Source: Ostreococcus lucimarinus (lineage: Eukaryota). From it: 64,000 bases of DNA. Positions 49,605 to 59,234 of the stretch are shown one piece after another. The notes beneath the pieces were generated by a model, which ran no database searches, was not told the DNA's origin, and worked only from the letters and a program-made list of their open reading frames with translations. Where the stretch lies: the NCBI GenBank assembly GCA_000092065.1, contig CP000589.1; one strand, written 5' to 3'. Every line of letters begins with the position of its first letter. Position 1 is the stretch's first letter. The position numbers and the translations under genes are program-made.

Positions 49605-50000
49605 CTAGCCCTCCGCGAGCGCCCACGCGTCCACCGCGCGTTCGCCGTGCGGATCCAGTCTCCTGTCCTCTTTCCGCTGCGAGAAATCGCTCTCGATCCT
49701 CCTGAGCGCGCTCGTCCGCACCACCGCGTCCTCCGCCTCGTCCGACTCGACCCACACGTGACGCTCGCTCTCGCTTCGCCGCAGCGCGCGCACGACGGCC
49801 TCGCGCCCGTCGTCGCGCGTCTCCACGACGGCGTACTTCCCCGACCGCCCGCTCGAATCGTCGACGAATTCCACGCAATCGTGCGCCGCGATCGCCGCGC
49901 GCGCGCGCGCGGACCCCCTCCGCGCGCGCACAGACGTCCGTCGTCGCGCCGCGGCGCGCGACCTCGCGCCCGCGCGCGTCACCGGCGCCGCCCGCGCCAT
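49605..50000 (-). CDS. Hypothetical protein with R/A-rich organellar-type presequence
   Basis: 131 aa, real ATG 49998-50000. MARAAPVTRAGARSRAAARRRTSVRARRGSARARAAIAAHDCVEFVDDSSGRSGKYAVVETRDDGREAVVRALRRSESERHVWVES.... It occupies the only gap between the RabGAP and Sm-F genes. No family recognised. Confidence 0.3.
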   Translation of the reverse strand: MARAAPVTRAGARSRAAARRRTSVRARRGSARARAAIAAHDCVEFVDDSSGRSGKYAVVETRDDGREAVVRALRRSESERHVWVESDEAEDAVVRTSALRRIESDFSQRKEDRRLDPHGERAVDAWALAEG

Positions 50001-50074
50001 CGCGCGTCGCGATGCGGCGCTAGGTCACGCCCCGCGTCGCCGCACACGCGCGCGCGCGCCGCGCCGACGACGCG

Positions 50075-50314
50075 ATGAGCGCGCCGATCAATCCCAAGCC
50101 CTTCCTCGCGTCGCTCACGGGGAAGAAAGTCGCGGTGAAGCTCAAGTGGGGGATGGAGTACCGCGGATTCTTGGTGTCGACGGATGCGTACATGAATCTG
50201 CAGCTCGCGTCGACGGAGGAGTACGTCGACGGCGAGCGCCAGGGCGCGCTGGGAGAGGTGCTGATTCGATGTAATAACGTGATGTATCTCAAGGCGGCGG
50301 ACGAGGAGGCGTGA
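50075..50314 (+). CDS. SNRPF: Small nuclear ribonucleoprotein F (Sm-F)
   Basis: [79 protein letters not shown] is near-collinear with human SNRPF ([74 protein letters not shown]). Single exon. AATAAA at ~50416. Confidence 0.9.
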   Translation: MSAPINPKPFLASLTGKKVAVKLKWGMEYRGFLVSTDAYMNLQLASTEEYVDGERQGALGEVLIRCNNVMYLKAADEEA

Positions 50315-50475
50315 GAGAGCGTCGGGCGAGCGCGTTCGGGAGGGAAAGAGGGAACGATCGAGGGACGCGGCGGCTGGCCGAACGAGGAGAACGAGACGCG
50401 ACGAGACGCGCTCGAGAATAAACGTGTTTGTAGTGATGATGAAAACGACGTGATCGTCGATGAATCGTTAACGGG

Positions 50476-51519
50476 CTACGCGGAGGCGTCGAACGGGGAC
50501 GCGCCCGAGACGCCGTCGAATTTGCAATTCGAAAAGTCCATCTCGGGGTGCGCCGCCATGAATTTTTTGAGCGCGTCTTGCTTCGTCTGCTCGTCCGCCG
50601 TGGGCAAGCCCATCGCCTTTTGCCTTTGATCGTACATCATTTTTTCCACCGTCGAGCGCGTTTCGCCGTCGAGATCGTCCAGGCGGCTGTTCTCGGGTTC
50701 GACCTTTTTGGTGTCGATTTTCGGGTCGTCGACGAGGACGTGCGGCCACCACTCGGCGCCGGTTTTCGCTTTTTGTAAAAAGCACGACACGTAGGCGTTG
50801 TCCTCCAGCGTCCAGTAGCACTCGTCCGGGGTGATGGCGGCGTAGAACTCGCCCTCGATGCGCGGCTCCCCGCTCGCCGTTTTAAGCTTGAACGAGAATC
50901 TATTCTTCGCGAAGGCGCACTCGATCTCCTTCGACTTGGTCCCCGGCGGCACCGCCACGCGCACCTCCAAATCATCCAACGTCTGCGTCCACACGTACTT
51001 CTCCGCTTCGCCGCCGTTCCCTTTATTCGGCATCATCGTTCCCGGCGCGAGCGCGTGCGGATCCTCCTCTTCCGCGTCGTTCGTCGTCGTCGTCGCCGTC
51101 GCCGCCGCCTCGGCGTCCTCGGTCACCTCCGTCAATTTTCCCTTACTTTTCTCCATCTGCATCTCCAGCGTTCGCGCTCGCAGCGCCTCCACGCGCTGTC
51201 TCTCCGCCTCCTCCATCGCCCGCGCCTTCGCCGCGTCTCTCTCCGCCTTCAACCGCGCCGCGTCGTCGTCGCTCGCCGTCGCCGTCGTCGCCGCCTTCGC
51301 CGCCTTCGCCGCCGCTCGACCCCGCGTCGTCTTTCCCAGCGCCTCCCGCACCGCCGCCCCCGCGCGCTCGGCGTCGACGAAGAAATCCGTTTTCTCATCC
51401 AGGAACGCGAAGAACGCGTCCAGCAGCGTCGCGATCGGCGTTTCCCCGGGCGCGGCGTTCGCCGCGCAAATCTGCGCCGCATTGATGAAAAGCGCGTCCG
51501 TCTGCCGTCTGTGCGCCAT
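50476..51519 (-). CDS. NUDC: NudC (nuclear distribution protein C; CS-domain co-chaperone)
   Basis: N-terminus DALFINAAQICAANAAPGETPIATLLDAFFAFLDEKTDFF, a charged coiled-coil, then the CS domain YVWTQTLDDLEVRVAVPPGTKSKEIECAFAKNRFSFKLK...YWTLED. C-terminus MMYDQRQKAMGLPTADEQ. Start at MAHRRQTD (ATG 51517-51519). The listed ORF is longer because it is open antisense to the next gene. Confidence 0.85.
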   Translation of the reverse strand: MAHRRQTDALFINAAQICAANAAPGETPIATLLDAFFAFLDEKTDFFVDAERAGAAVREALGKTTRGRAAAKAAKAATTATASDDDAARLKAERDAAKARAMEEAERQRVEALRARTLEMQMEKSKGKLTEVTEDAEAAATATTTTNDAEEEDPHALAPGTMMPNKGNGGEAEKYVWTQTLDDLEVRVAVPPGTKSKEIECAFAKNRFSFKLKTASGEPRIEGEFYAAITPDECYWTLEDNAYVSCFLQKAKTGAEWWPHVLVDDPKIDTKKVEPENSRLDDLDGETRSTVEKMMYDQRQKAMGLPTADEQTKQDALKKFMAAHPEMDFSNCKFDGVSGASPFDASA

Positions 51520-51814
51520 CGCTCGCGCCGCGCGCGCGTCCACGCGTCGCGTCGATCGCGACGAGGCCCTCGCGCGCGCGCTCGCGCGAACGCCGTCGAC
51601 GTCGCGACGCGACGCGCTCGATAGTGCCGCGTCGTGGATTCGAATCGCGTCGCGCGCGCCACTCCATCGCGCCCGTCGTCGCGCGCGCCGCTCGACCGCG
51701 CGCGGGCGTCGAGCGCGTTGTCGTCGACGTCGGCGCGCGCGCCGCGACGCCGCGACGCGCCGTCGGCGGCGGCGAACGCGCGCGAAAGATTCAAATCCGC
51801 GACAGCTGCGCGCG

Positions 51815-54811
51815 ATGACGACGACGACGATGGCGAGCGACGCGCTGAAGGCGCTGGAACCGGCGACGAGGGACGCGAACGCGTTCAAAGCGCGCGCGGC
51901 GCTGATCGCGATGCGTGAGATCATCGATGGGACGACGGAGGCGACGGAGGCGGGCGTCGGCGCGCGAGCGTGCTGGTCGGGCTGCCGCGAGTGGCTGGGA
52001 TCGGGAAAGAAAGACGCGAGAAAAGACGCGGTGAAGACGACGCTGGCGCTCATGCGGTGCGGAATAACGAGGGAAGAGATGGAGGATAAGCTGTCGTTCG
52101 CGTGGAAGCACGCGAACTGGCGGTTTCGAGTTTCGGCGATTGAAATTTTGAGCGCGACGATGGCGACGACGGAGGACGACGCGTTCGCGAGACGATGCTT
52201 TGATGCGTTCGCGCGGACGCTGGGGGATCGCGAAGGCGAAGTGCGCGAACAGGCGATGGATGGAATCGCGGTGGTGTTTGAAAAGTTTCCGCGCGTCGGG
52301 CGAGAGGCGCTCGAGGCGACGAAAGACGCGATGCGACCGCAACACGTCAAGGAGATCGAACGACGGTTGGACGGCGCGAAAGCGGAGACGAACGAGATGG
52401 AGACGTCGAAGTCGGCGAGCGAGAGCATGAGCGCGAGTGCGGTGGTGAAACCGCTGGGCGATGGATTGGTGCCGCCGCCGCCCGAACGTATATCCAACGA
52501 ACGAGAATTCACGCGCGCGATGGATCGCGTCACGCGAGACTTGCGCCCAGACGTGGATTGGCTGAAAAGAATCGCGGCTATGGTGCGTTTAGAGGCCATC
52601 ACGCTCGGCGGTGGCGGAGAGGTTTTCGAAGACGCGTTCACGTCGTCGCTCGGAAGAGCCGTGGAGGTGCTCTTGGCGCAAATTAGCGACAGACGAAGCG
52701 CCGTGGTGAAGCAAGTTTCTCACCTGCTCGTCACTCTGGCGCGCGGCGCGACGAAATCTTTCGCCCAATACGTCGATCATTTTGTCATGGCGCTCCTGAA
52801 AACGACTGTGGTTACCGTTGGTGTCATTGCCGACAGCGGAAATGCGTGCATTCGAGGCATCATCGAGCACTGCCACGCGCCGAAATTGGTCCAAAGATTA
52901 ACGGACGCCGTCGTCGCGGAGCGCGCGCCGAAGATGCGAGGCTGCATCGTGGAGTATCTTTCAATCATTTTGAAATCGTGGGAGTTGAGCAACCGTCACA
53001 TCGACGCCATCGGCGACGCTCTTCGAGTCACGTTGTCTGACGCGGATGCTACGGTTCGAGCGAATTCGAAAGCTTGCTTTGAGATCTTATCCGTGACGTC
53101 GCCGACGGCGAGCGGCGATCTCTTGACGCGCGTAGACTCGAAGCTCGCGAGAAGTTTGTCCAACTTGACCAACGACAGTGAGTCCGAAGAGACATCTTCC
53201 GTCGCTAGACGCGGTCGAAGCGGTTCGCTCTCGAGCGCGCCCAGTCGAATCGCGCCGGAAGCGCCTGCCGCCAAGAAACTGCCGACGCCGGCGCCCACCG
53301 AGGCGCGGGACATCGCTTCGGCGGTCATGTTCGCCGAACGCGTTGAACGCGCGGCTGAAAGAGCGAGTCGAGCCGAGGCAAGTTCGAGATTACGCGGCGC
53401 ACTCGACGACGCCGATGCACGCACGCACGGTGCGCGGGCGGCGCAGTTTGAGGCGCAGGTGACCCTGCACGCAGCGCGCATTGCCGAGCTTCTCTTGGGC
53501 TACATTTCTGACTCCAACGCCCTCGTTCTCGATCCTGCGCTCGAATCGATCGCCACGCTGGTGTACATCGCTTCGGAAGACTTGAAGCAAGTCATGCCAG
53601 ATTTGTGCTTGGGCGTATTCGAGTGCTTGACCGACCACCGCGAGTCGACGCGCTCTCTCTCCTCCGAAGCGCTCACCGCCATAGGCGACGTGCACAAGCC
53701 GAACGCTCTCTTGCCGGCGCTCTTGCGCTCATTACATCTCGCCTCGACGGCAAAAACAAAAACGGGTGTGTTAGAGTTCGCTTTATACGTTCTTTCCGGG
53801 CGCGGGGGCGGCGCGGATGAGGTCGTACACACGCCGGCGTCGGTATCCGCGAACTTGGAGTCGTGGATCGACCTCGTCGTTGAATTGGCGTGCGACGTCA
53901 ACGAACCGCTAGCCAAGGCGGCGGGGTCAAACTTGGGGGCGATCCACGTGCACGTCGACGGCGCAGTCGTACCGCGTCGGTTGTTGGCGAGCTCGGAATA
54001 TAAGCGAGTTCGGTTTATGGAAGCCATCGAGCGGCGCGTGCCTAAGCTCGCGGAAATGTTGCGACCATTTCTCGAAGCGCCGCCGACGCCGCCGCCAGCG
54101 CCGCCGCCAGCGCCAGCGCCCTCGCCACCGGTCGTCACAGCTACGATGCACGACGTTGGATACGACAGCCTTGACGAAGAACACGGGTATGAAGACCAGA
54201 ACATGGGGTCGCTGAACCGGTCCTATGAAACGATGCGTATCGAGGCGTCCGCAGGCAAGTCTCGCCACGCCGGCGTCGGCGAGCGAATCGTCGAGGCGAT
54301 GGAAGGCTTACGCGATGAGAATATCGACACGGTCGTGCGTTCGCTGCGCACGATCGCCTCGAGTGCCGAAGACTGCTTCGCACACTTCAAACCGTACATG
54401 CCGTTGCTCGTGCCTACCGTGTGTTCGGCGATGGACGATGAGAATGAACTCGTCGCCGCTCACGCCTATGGGGCACTTCGTGCAATTTTTCAACATCGAG
54501 AAATTGATACTGAGGACGCGTTTACCGCGCTCGCACCTTTGATTAACGCATATAGCGCGTCCACAGCGCCGCTCATATGCGCGCACATGATCATCGAAAC
54601 CGCCGATGCGGCGAGCGTGGAGTCATCGTTGCCGCTCGTCTTGCCGAGCGTCGCGGATGTGTGCGCGAGCAAGACCGTCGCCATTCGCCATCGCGCTTTG
54701 AACGCGCTCGGTGCGTGTCAACGCACATTCGGCGCGGCTTCGCTTTCGCCATACGTCGAAGCGTTATCGGTCACCCATCGCGCTGTGCTCGCCCATTACG
54801 CACGCAATTGA
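51815..54811 (+). CDS. TOG/HEAT-repeat microtubule-regulator-like protein (CLASP-like)
   Basis: About 1000 aa of HEAT repeats with TOG-type signatures: KLSFAWKHANWRFRVSAIEIL, LRPDVDWLKRIAAMVRLEAITLGG, and further repeats to the C-terminus. Start at MTTTTMASDALKALE (ATG 51815). TGTAA at 54815-54819. Divergent from NudC across ~295 bp. Confidence 0.45.
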   Translation: MTTTTMASDALKALEPATRDANAFKARAALIAMREIIDGTTEATEAGVGARACWSGCREWLGSGKKDARKDAVKTTLALMRCGITREEMEDKLSFAWKHANWRFRVSAIEILSATMATTEDDAFARRCFDAFARTLGDREGEVREQAMDGIAVVFEKFPRVGREALEATKDAMRPQHVKEIERRLDGAKAETNEMETSKSASESMSASAVVKPLGDGLVPPPPERISNEREFTRAMDRVTRDLRPDVDWLKRIAAMVRLEAITLGGGGEVFEDAFTSSLGRAVEVLLAQISDRRSAVVKQVSHLLVTLARGATKSFAQYVDHFVMALLKTTVVTVGVIADSGNACIRGIIEHCHAPKLVQRLTDAVVAERAPKMRGCIVEYLSIILKSWELSNRHIDAIGDALRVTLSDADATVRANSKACFEILSVTSPTASGDLLTRVDSKLARSLSNLTNDSESEETSSVARRGRSGSLSSAPSRIAPEAPAAKKLPTPAPTEARDIASAVMFAERVERAAERASRAEASSRLRGALDDADARTHGARAAQFEAQVTLHAARIAELLLGYISDSNALVLDPALESIATLVYIASEDLKQVMPDLCLGVFECLTDHRESTRSLSSEALTAIGDVHKPNALLPALLRSLHLASTAKTKTGVLEFALYVLSGRGGGADEVVHTPASVSANLESWIDLVVELACDVNEPLAKAAGSNLGAIHVHVDGAVVPRRLLASSEYKRVRFMEAIERRVPKLAEMLRPFLEAPPTPPPAPPPAPAPSPPVVTATMHDVGYDSLDEEHGYEDQNMGSLNRSYETMRIEASAGKSRHAGVGERIVEAMEGLRDENIDTVVRSLRTIASSAEDCFAHFKPYMPLLVPTVCSAMDDENELVAAHAYGALRAIFQHREIDTEDAFTALAPLINAYSASTAPLICAHMIIETADAASVESSLPLVLPSVADVCASKTVAIRHRALNALGACQRTFGAASLSPYVEALSVTHRAVLAHYARN

Positions 54812-55064
54812 CTTTGTAAATATTAAAAACAACCTGCTTGCCGAAGAGTTTACGCGACTGCACACGCTCCGTCATCCGTCGCCTCGCACGCGTCACCGAG
54901 CGCGGGTTTCCAATCGAACGGATCAACCCACGGCCCGAACGCGATAGCGTCATTAGCGTTGCCCGCCTTGCGCGAGGAGAGGCGACGAAGATGGATCGAA
55001 TTTAAAACGGTATCGCGCGCGATGCGGTGGCGCGCGCGTCATCGCGAGCGAGTGCGCGGAAATA

Positions 55065-56076
55065 TCATCGCTGAATGACGACGGCGCCGGCGAGACCGGC
55101 GTCGGCGATGACGGCGTCGTCGTCGGAGAGCGTTTTCGGCGGAAAGCCCGAGAGCTGCAGCGTGTACGCGAAGGATTCATCCGGGCGCGATCTCGCGATG
55201 AAAGAGTGGATGTGCGCGACGGTGTGCGTGGTGTTGAACTTGGCCACCAAACGGCTTCCGTCGCGAAGTCTGATTTGAATCGACGTCGTCGGTTGGGACT
55301 CGTCGACGTTCCACTCGACCGTCGACGCGGGCGCCGTCGATGCGGGCGCCGGTTCGCTGTCGCTCGCGAGCGTGCGCCCGGATCCACCGAACGCCCTGTA
55401 CTTTGGCTCTTTCGGCGGTACGTACGGCTCGTGACGCTGCACTAAATTGATGTTCACCCGTTCGGTTCTGCTCCGCGGCGCGAGCTCCGCCGGCGCCTCG
55501 CCGCGTCCGATGGACTCCATGAACGCCACGTTCGCGGGGTCATCGAACGTGCGCAGCGGTCCATCATCGACCGTGAACCCATTCTGCCAAAACGTGACGA
55601 CGCGACTGACGATCCCATCGTCCGCGTTCGCCGCCGTCGCCGCGCTCGCTTCCTCTTCGTCCGCGGCTTCTTCCTCCGCGCTCGAGTTCAGCGTTCGCCC
55701 GCGTCCTCGAAACGCCGTCGCCGCCCCGCCTCGCGCGCCTCGACTTTCATTCGGGTTCAAATCCTCCGCCGTGCCGTCCATCGCACCGTGCGCGCGAGCG
55801 CTGTCGAACATCGACGCCAGTCGCGCGTCGGGTCGCTCTCGCGGGTCGATCACCGCCTGCCCACTCGACGCGCCGCCCGTGTACCACTCCTGCGGATCGG
55901 GGCCGTTCGAGTCGGAGGCATCGTCGTTGCGTTCGTTCACGTCGCGCAGGCCGCGAACGTTGGACTGCGAGCGCGGTCAGTCGGTTGATTTCGATGTCGT
56001 TGAGATTACTGAGATGACCACGCGAGCGCGCGTCGCGCGTCGATCGGGACGAATCGCGCGCGCGCGGGCGTACCAT
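55065..56076 (-). CDS. p47/NSFL1C-like Cdc48 cofactor (SEP plus UBX domains); exon 2 55065..55964, proposed ATG-only exon 1 56074..56076
   Basis: SNVRGLRDVNERNDDASDSNGPDPQEWYTGGASSGQAVIDP (compare Arabidopsis PUX [41 protein letters not shown]). SEP: VTFWQNGFTVDDGPLRTFDDPANVAFMESIGRGEAP. UBX: TSIQIRLRDGSRLVAKFNTTHTV...LQLSGFPPKTLSDDDAVIADAGLAGAVVIQR. The listed ORF starts on a GTG. Its frame has a TGA upstream and no ATG before MFDSA, which would cut the conserved segment. Confidence 0.8.
55965..56073 (-). other. Proposed intron immediately after the p47 start codon (109 nt)
   Basis: Minus strand: ATG|GTACGCCC... ...AATCAACCGACTGACCGCGCTCGCAG|TCCAAC. It has a GT donor directly after the ATG, CTGAC 11 nt before the CAG, and removes the in-frame TGA. 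It is the only ATG on this strand between the GYF stop and the conserved coding block. Confidence 0.5.
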
Positions 56077-56231
56077 GTCGCGCGTGTTTCGTCGTGCGCG
56101 CCGTCGAGCGATCGGGAGACGTCGCGTCGCGAGGTGAGGTTCGTAACTGCTCCCGACTGGAACTACAATGACAAAGAGAAGAGTCGCTAGGCGTCTTCGT
56201 CGCCGGCGCCAATGCGGCGCCAAGGTGTCGG

Positions 56232-58991
56232 CTATTTCTTACCGCGGCGCTTCTTCTCCGCGGACGCCCAGCCGGCTTCGTTGTCCTCGCCGTCGGCACC
56301 GGAGAACCCGGGACCGGCGCCTTGAGCGGCCACCTTGGCGAGCTCGCCGTTGCCCAAACCTTCGGCGAGCGACGGGTCGGCGCGCTTTTGACGGATGAGC
56401 TCGACCGCGAACGCGCTAGCCTGCGGGGTTTTGCCCAAGTATAACGCGACGTACTCTTGAACCTCGCCCGCGGAGGGTAAACCGAGCAAGAAATCCACCA
56501 AAGTCATGTCGTCTGAATTGTTCAACTGGGACATTTGCGCCTTGCACCACGCGCGCAGGGCGTTTTTGTTGTTCAAAGGAGGCAAACCTGAAGGCAAGGG
56601 GGCGCTCGACGACATCGCGGACTGCGTGAGAGGGGCGACCGCGTTACCGATGACGGGTCGAGCCTTTGGCGCCTGCGACTGAGGCACAGACCTCGGCACC
56701 ACCATCGGCGCGGACGGACGCGGCGCGACTTGACTCGGCGCCGCGGCGGCGGCCCAGCCTCCAGAAGTTTGCATCGCCTGGTTTTGCTGGGCCATCGCCG
56801 CTTCAGCCTCGTGTTTCGCCGCGGCGCGCAACGCTTCCTCTTCCTGGATTTGCTTCAAGCTCTTGCCACCGCCGCCAGCGTTGCCACCCCAAGCCCCGCC
56901 GAAAGCGGTGTGCGTGCTCGGGGGCGGCGCGTTCTTCGCCGCTTGCGCGGCGCGCGCCTCTTCCTCGCGTTGAATATCCAGGAGCGTCTTACCGGCGACC
57001 GCCGCTGGTAGTGCAGGAGCGGCACCACCCCAGGCTGGTCCAGTCGGCGCCGCCTTCGCGGGTTCTGGTGCGGGTTCGACGCGCGGCGGCATCGTGACGG
57101 GGGGGGGCATCGCCGGCTGCGGCGGCGGTTGACGCGGCACATCTCGCGCTGCCGGTGGCGCGTCCCACTTCGAAGACGCATCCGCGCTCGCGACTTCTTG
57201 TCTACCACTTCTATCGTGCATGTGTCTGTTCTCGATGTCCGCGAGCGTCATACCGCGAGCTCGTGGCGGCGCCCCGCCCGCTTGACTAGATATCCCCAAG
57301 CCCGCGGCAAAGTTGGCGAGAGCGTTCGATCTCGCCGCTTGCTGCGACATGGCTTTAGGAGCGATGCCGTGCGACTGCTCTATCTCTTCTAACGTGAGAC
57401 CTCGCGGTGGAGGCGCTCCGGAAGGTTGCGCCTGCTGCGAGAGCCACGGTGGTAAACCGCCCTGCTGTCGCGGCGGCGGCGCCTGTTGTTGCGGCGGCGG
57501 CGCCTGTTGCATCGGGATGCGGTAGCGCCAGCCGTTTTGCAAGAGTTCGATTAACGGCATGAAGGGCGCACCGGCCGGAGCGTCGATCGGTTTGCACGGT
57601 AAATCGTTCGGAAAGAAGCCGCCTTGATGCCATTCTATGAGCTCTTGACGCGTGAACGGGCCCTGTTGCTGTCCCGAAGGATCGAGATAGAGCCAGTCGA
57701 CGTTTGCCGGTACCGGAGGCGGCAACTGCTGCTGCGTAGGCGGCATCTGTTGTCGTTGCTGCGGTGGGATCTGTTGCTGCGGCGGCGGCATCTGCATCGG
57801 CGGCATCTGCATCGGCGGCATCTGCACCGTTTGTTGCGGCGGCGCCTGCATCATGCCTCCGATGTGAGAGAGGTGCGGCATGAGCGTCTCGTCCTCTTCT
57901 AAAGCGACGAATCGAGATGTTCTCGATTGTTCTTGCGCTGGAACCGCGGGCTTGCCGAGACCAGCCAAACCGAGTCGTTCCTCCGCCGTGAGCTGCGGCA
58001 GCGCGGTACCCAAGAAAGAATCGTCCGTCAAGCTGGCGTCAGCCAAAGAGTTGCCTTCTTGAGCCCACTCGGGGACGTCGTCTTTCGCCTTACGGGTCGT
58101 CGTCGCCGCCGACGCCGCCGTCTTCGGTTCGGGCACCGGTTCCTTCTTCTTCTGCCAGTCGCCGTGGCGACCAATCATCGTCAGCTCCCACATCGGATCT
58201 CCCGGTTTGATCGCCTTCAACGGCACGTTCGTCCCGCACACGTCTTCTGGCAACTTACACGTCTGCAAAGCCTCCATCTCGCGCAGAATCGTCACCAACT
58301 GGGCGGCATCGTAGCGATACTTGGCGCCGTTCTCCTTCTTTTCTGGCGGCGTCTCCGCCGGCGCCGCGTCGTCGCCCGTCTTTTCGCCGTCGTCCGCAAA
58401 CTGCCCGCTCGCCGCTTTTCTCGCCATCACCGCATCGAAGAACGCATCGCTCACGCTGCTCACTTGCAACGCCCCCAAACTCAGCTCCAACGCCTGCCCG
58501 CCGCTCTTCCCGCGTCCCATCGTAAAACCGCGACCGGCGGGTCTCGTCGGAATCCCTTCCCGCGCCTGCGCGCGTCCGCTTCCGTGTCGTCCGCGCCCTT
58601 CGCCTCCCTCCGCCTTCGCATCGCCTCCCTCCGCTCGCTTCCCATCGCCGTCGATCCACGCCTTGGACCCCCACGAATCCCTCGCGTCTCGCTTGCCCCA
58701 CCCCGGCGGTCCGCCATCCTTCCCGTACTTCTCCCGTCGCTCACCTCGACTCGCGCGCTCGCGTCTCGACCCCCCGCTCGCCGCGCCCTGTCCATCGCCA
58801 TCGCCTCGCCACTTTACCTTCGCTTCCTCGCGCGTGTCGCTCTCTCGTCTCGCGCCGCCGTCGTGCGACTTTCGCGCGTCGCCGTCGCGATCGCGGTGTC
58901 CGTGCCCGTGCGCCGTGTGCCACCCCCCCCCGTCGTCCTGCCCGCGCGCGCTCGTCGCCCTCGACCCATCGTCGCCTTTCGCGTCGCTCAT
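56232..58991 (-). CDS. GYF-domain protein (proline-rich-sequence binder; GIGYF/EXA1-like), Q/P-rich
   Basis: GYF domain WLYLDPSGQQQGPFTRQELIEWHQGGFFPNDLPCKP. Long low-complexity Q/P/A stretches include a 15-nt x3 tandem repeat (MQMPP x3). Real ATG at 58989-58991. Confidence 0.75.
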   Translation of the reverse strand: MSDAKGDDGSRATSARGQDDGGGWHTAHGHGHRDRDGDARKSHDGGARRESDTREEAKVKWRGDGDGQGAASGGSRRERASRGERREKYGKDGGPPGWGKRDARDSWGSKAWIDGDGKRAEGGDAKAEGGEGRGRHGSGRAQAREGIPTRPAGRGFTMGRGKSGGQALELSLGALQVSSVSDAFFDAVMARKAASGQFADDGEKTGDDAAPAETPPEKKENGAKYRYDAAQLVTILREMEALQTCKLPEDVCGTNVPLKAIKPGDPMWELTMIGRHGDWQKKKEPVPEPKTAASAATTTRKAKDDVPEWAQEGNSLADASLTDDSFLGTALPQLTAEERLGLAGLGKPAVPAQEQSRTSRFVALEEDETLMPHLSHIGGMMQAPPQQTVQMPPMQMPPMQMPPPQQQIPPQQRQQMPPTQQQLPPPVPANVDWLYLDPSGQQQGPFTRQELIEWHQGGFFPNDLPCKPIDAPAGAPFMPLIELLQNGWRYRIPMQQAPPPQQQAPPPRQQGGLPPWLSQQAQPSGAPPPRGLTLEEIEQSHGIAPKAMSQQAARSNALANFAAGLGISSQAGGAPPRARGMTLADIENRHMHDRSGRQEVASADASSKWDAPPAARDVPRQPPPQPAMPPPVTMPPRVEPAPEPAKAAPTGPAWGGAAPALPAAVAGKTLLDIQREEEARAAQAAKNAPPPSTHTAFGGAWGGNAGGGGKSLKQIQEEEALRAAAKHEAEAAMAQQNQAMQTSGGWAAAAAPSQVAPRPSAPMVVPRSVPQSQAPKARPVIGNAVAPLTQSAMSSSAPLPSGLPPLNNKNALRAWCKAQMSQLNNSDDMTLVDFLLGLPSAGEVQEYVALYLGKTPQASAFAVELIRQKRADPSLAEGLGNGELAKVAAQGAGPGFSGADGEDNEAGWASAEKKRRGKK

Positions 58992-59234
58992 CGCGCGATT
59001 CGCGCGTCGTCAGCGTCGTCGGCGCGCGGATTCTCCCGCCCGCGTCCGATCGACCGATTCGATCGAATCCGGCGTCGCGTCGCCTCGCGCGCGCTCCGCG
59101 GTGGCGCGGCGCGCGTCGTCGTCGACCGCGACGTCGTCGCCGAGAGCGCGTCGTCGCGACGCCGTGCGCGTCGCCGAGTCGCGCGCGCGCGTCGAATTGT
59201 CGCGCGATTCGATGCGTCGTCACTCCGCGTCGTC

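Noticed and set aside
50476-52641. NudC ORF listed as 721 aa
   Set aside because: NudC homology starts at MAHRRQTDALF (ATG 51517-51519). The upstream 370 codons are open only because they are antisense to the CLASP-like gene and its promoter. The gene was trimmed to 348 aa.
57927-59234. N-terminal 436 codons of the ORF containing TsaE
   Set aside because: Antisense to the GYF gene and low-complexity. TsaE homology begins after the internal ATG at 59235.
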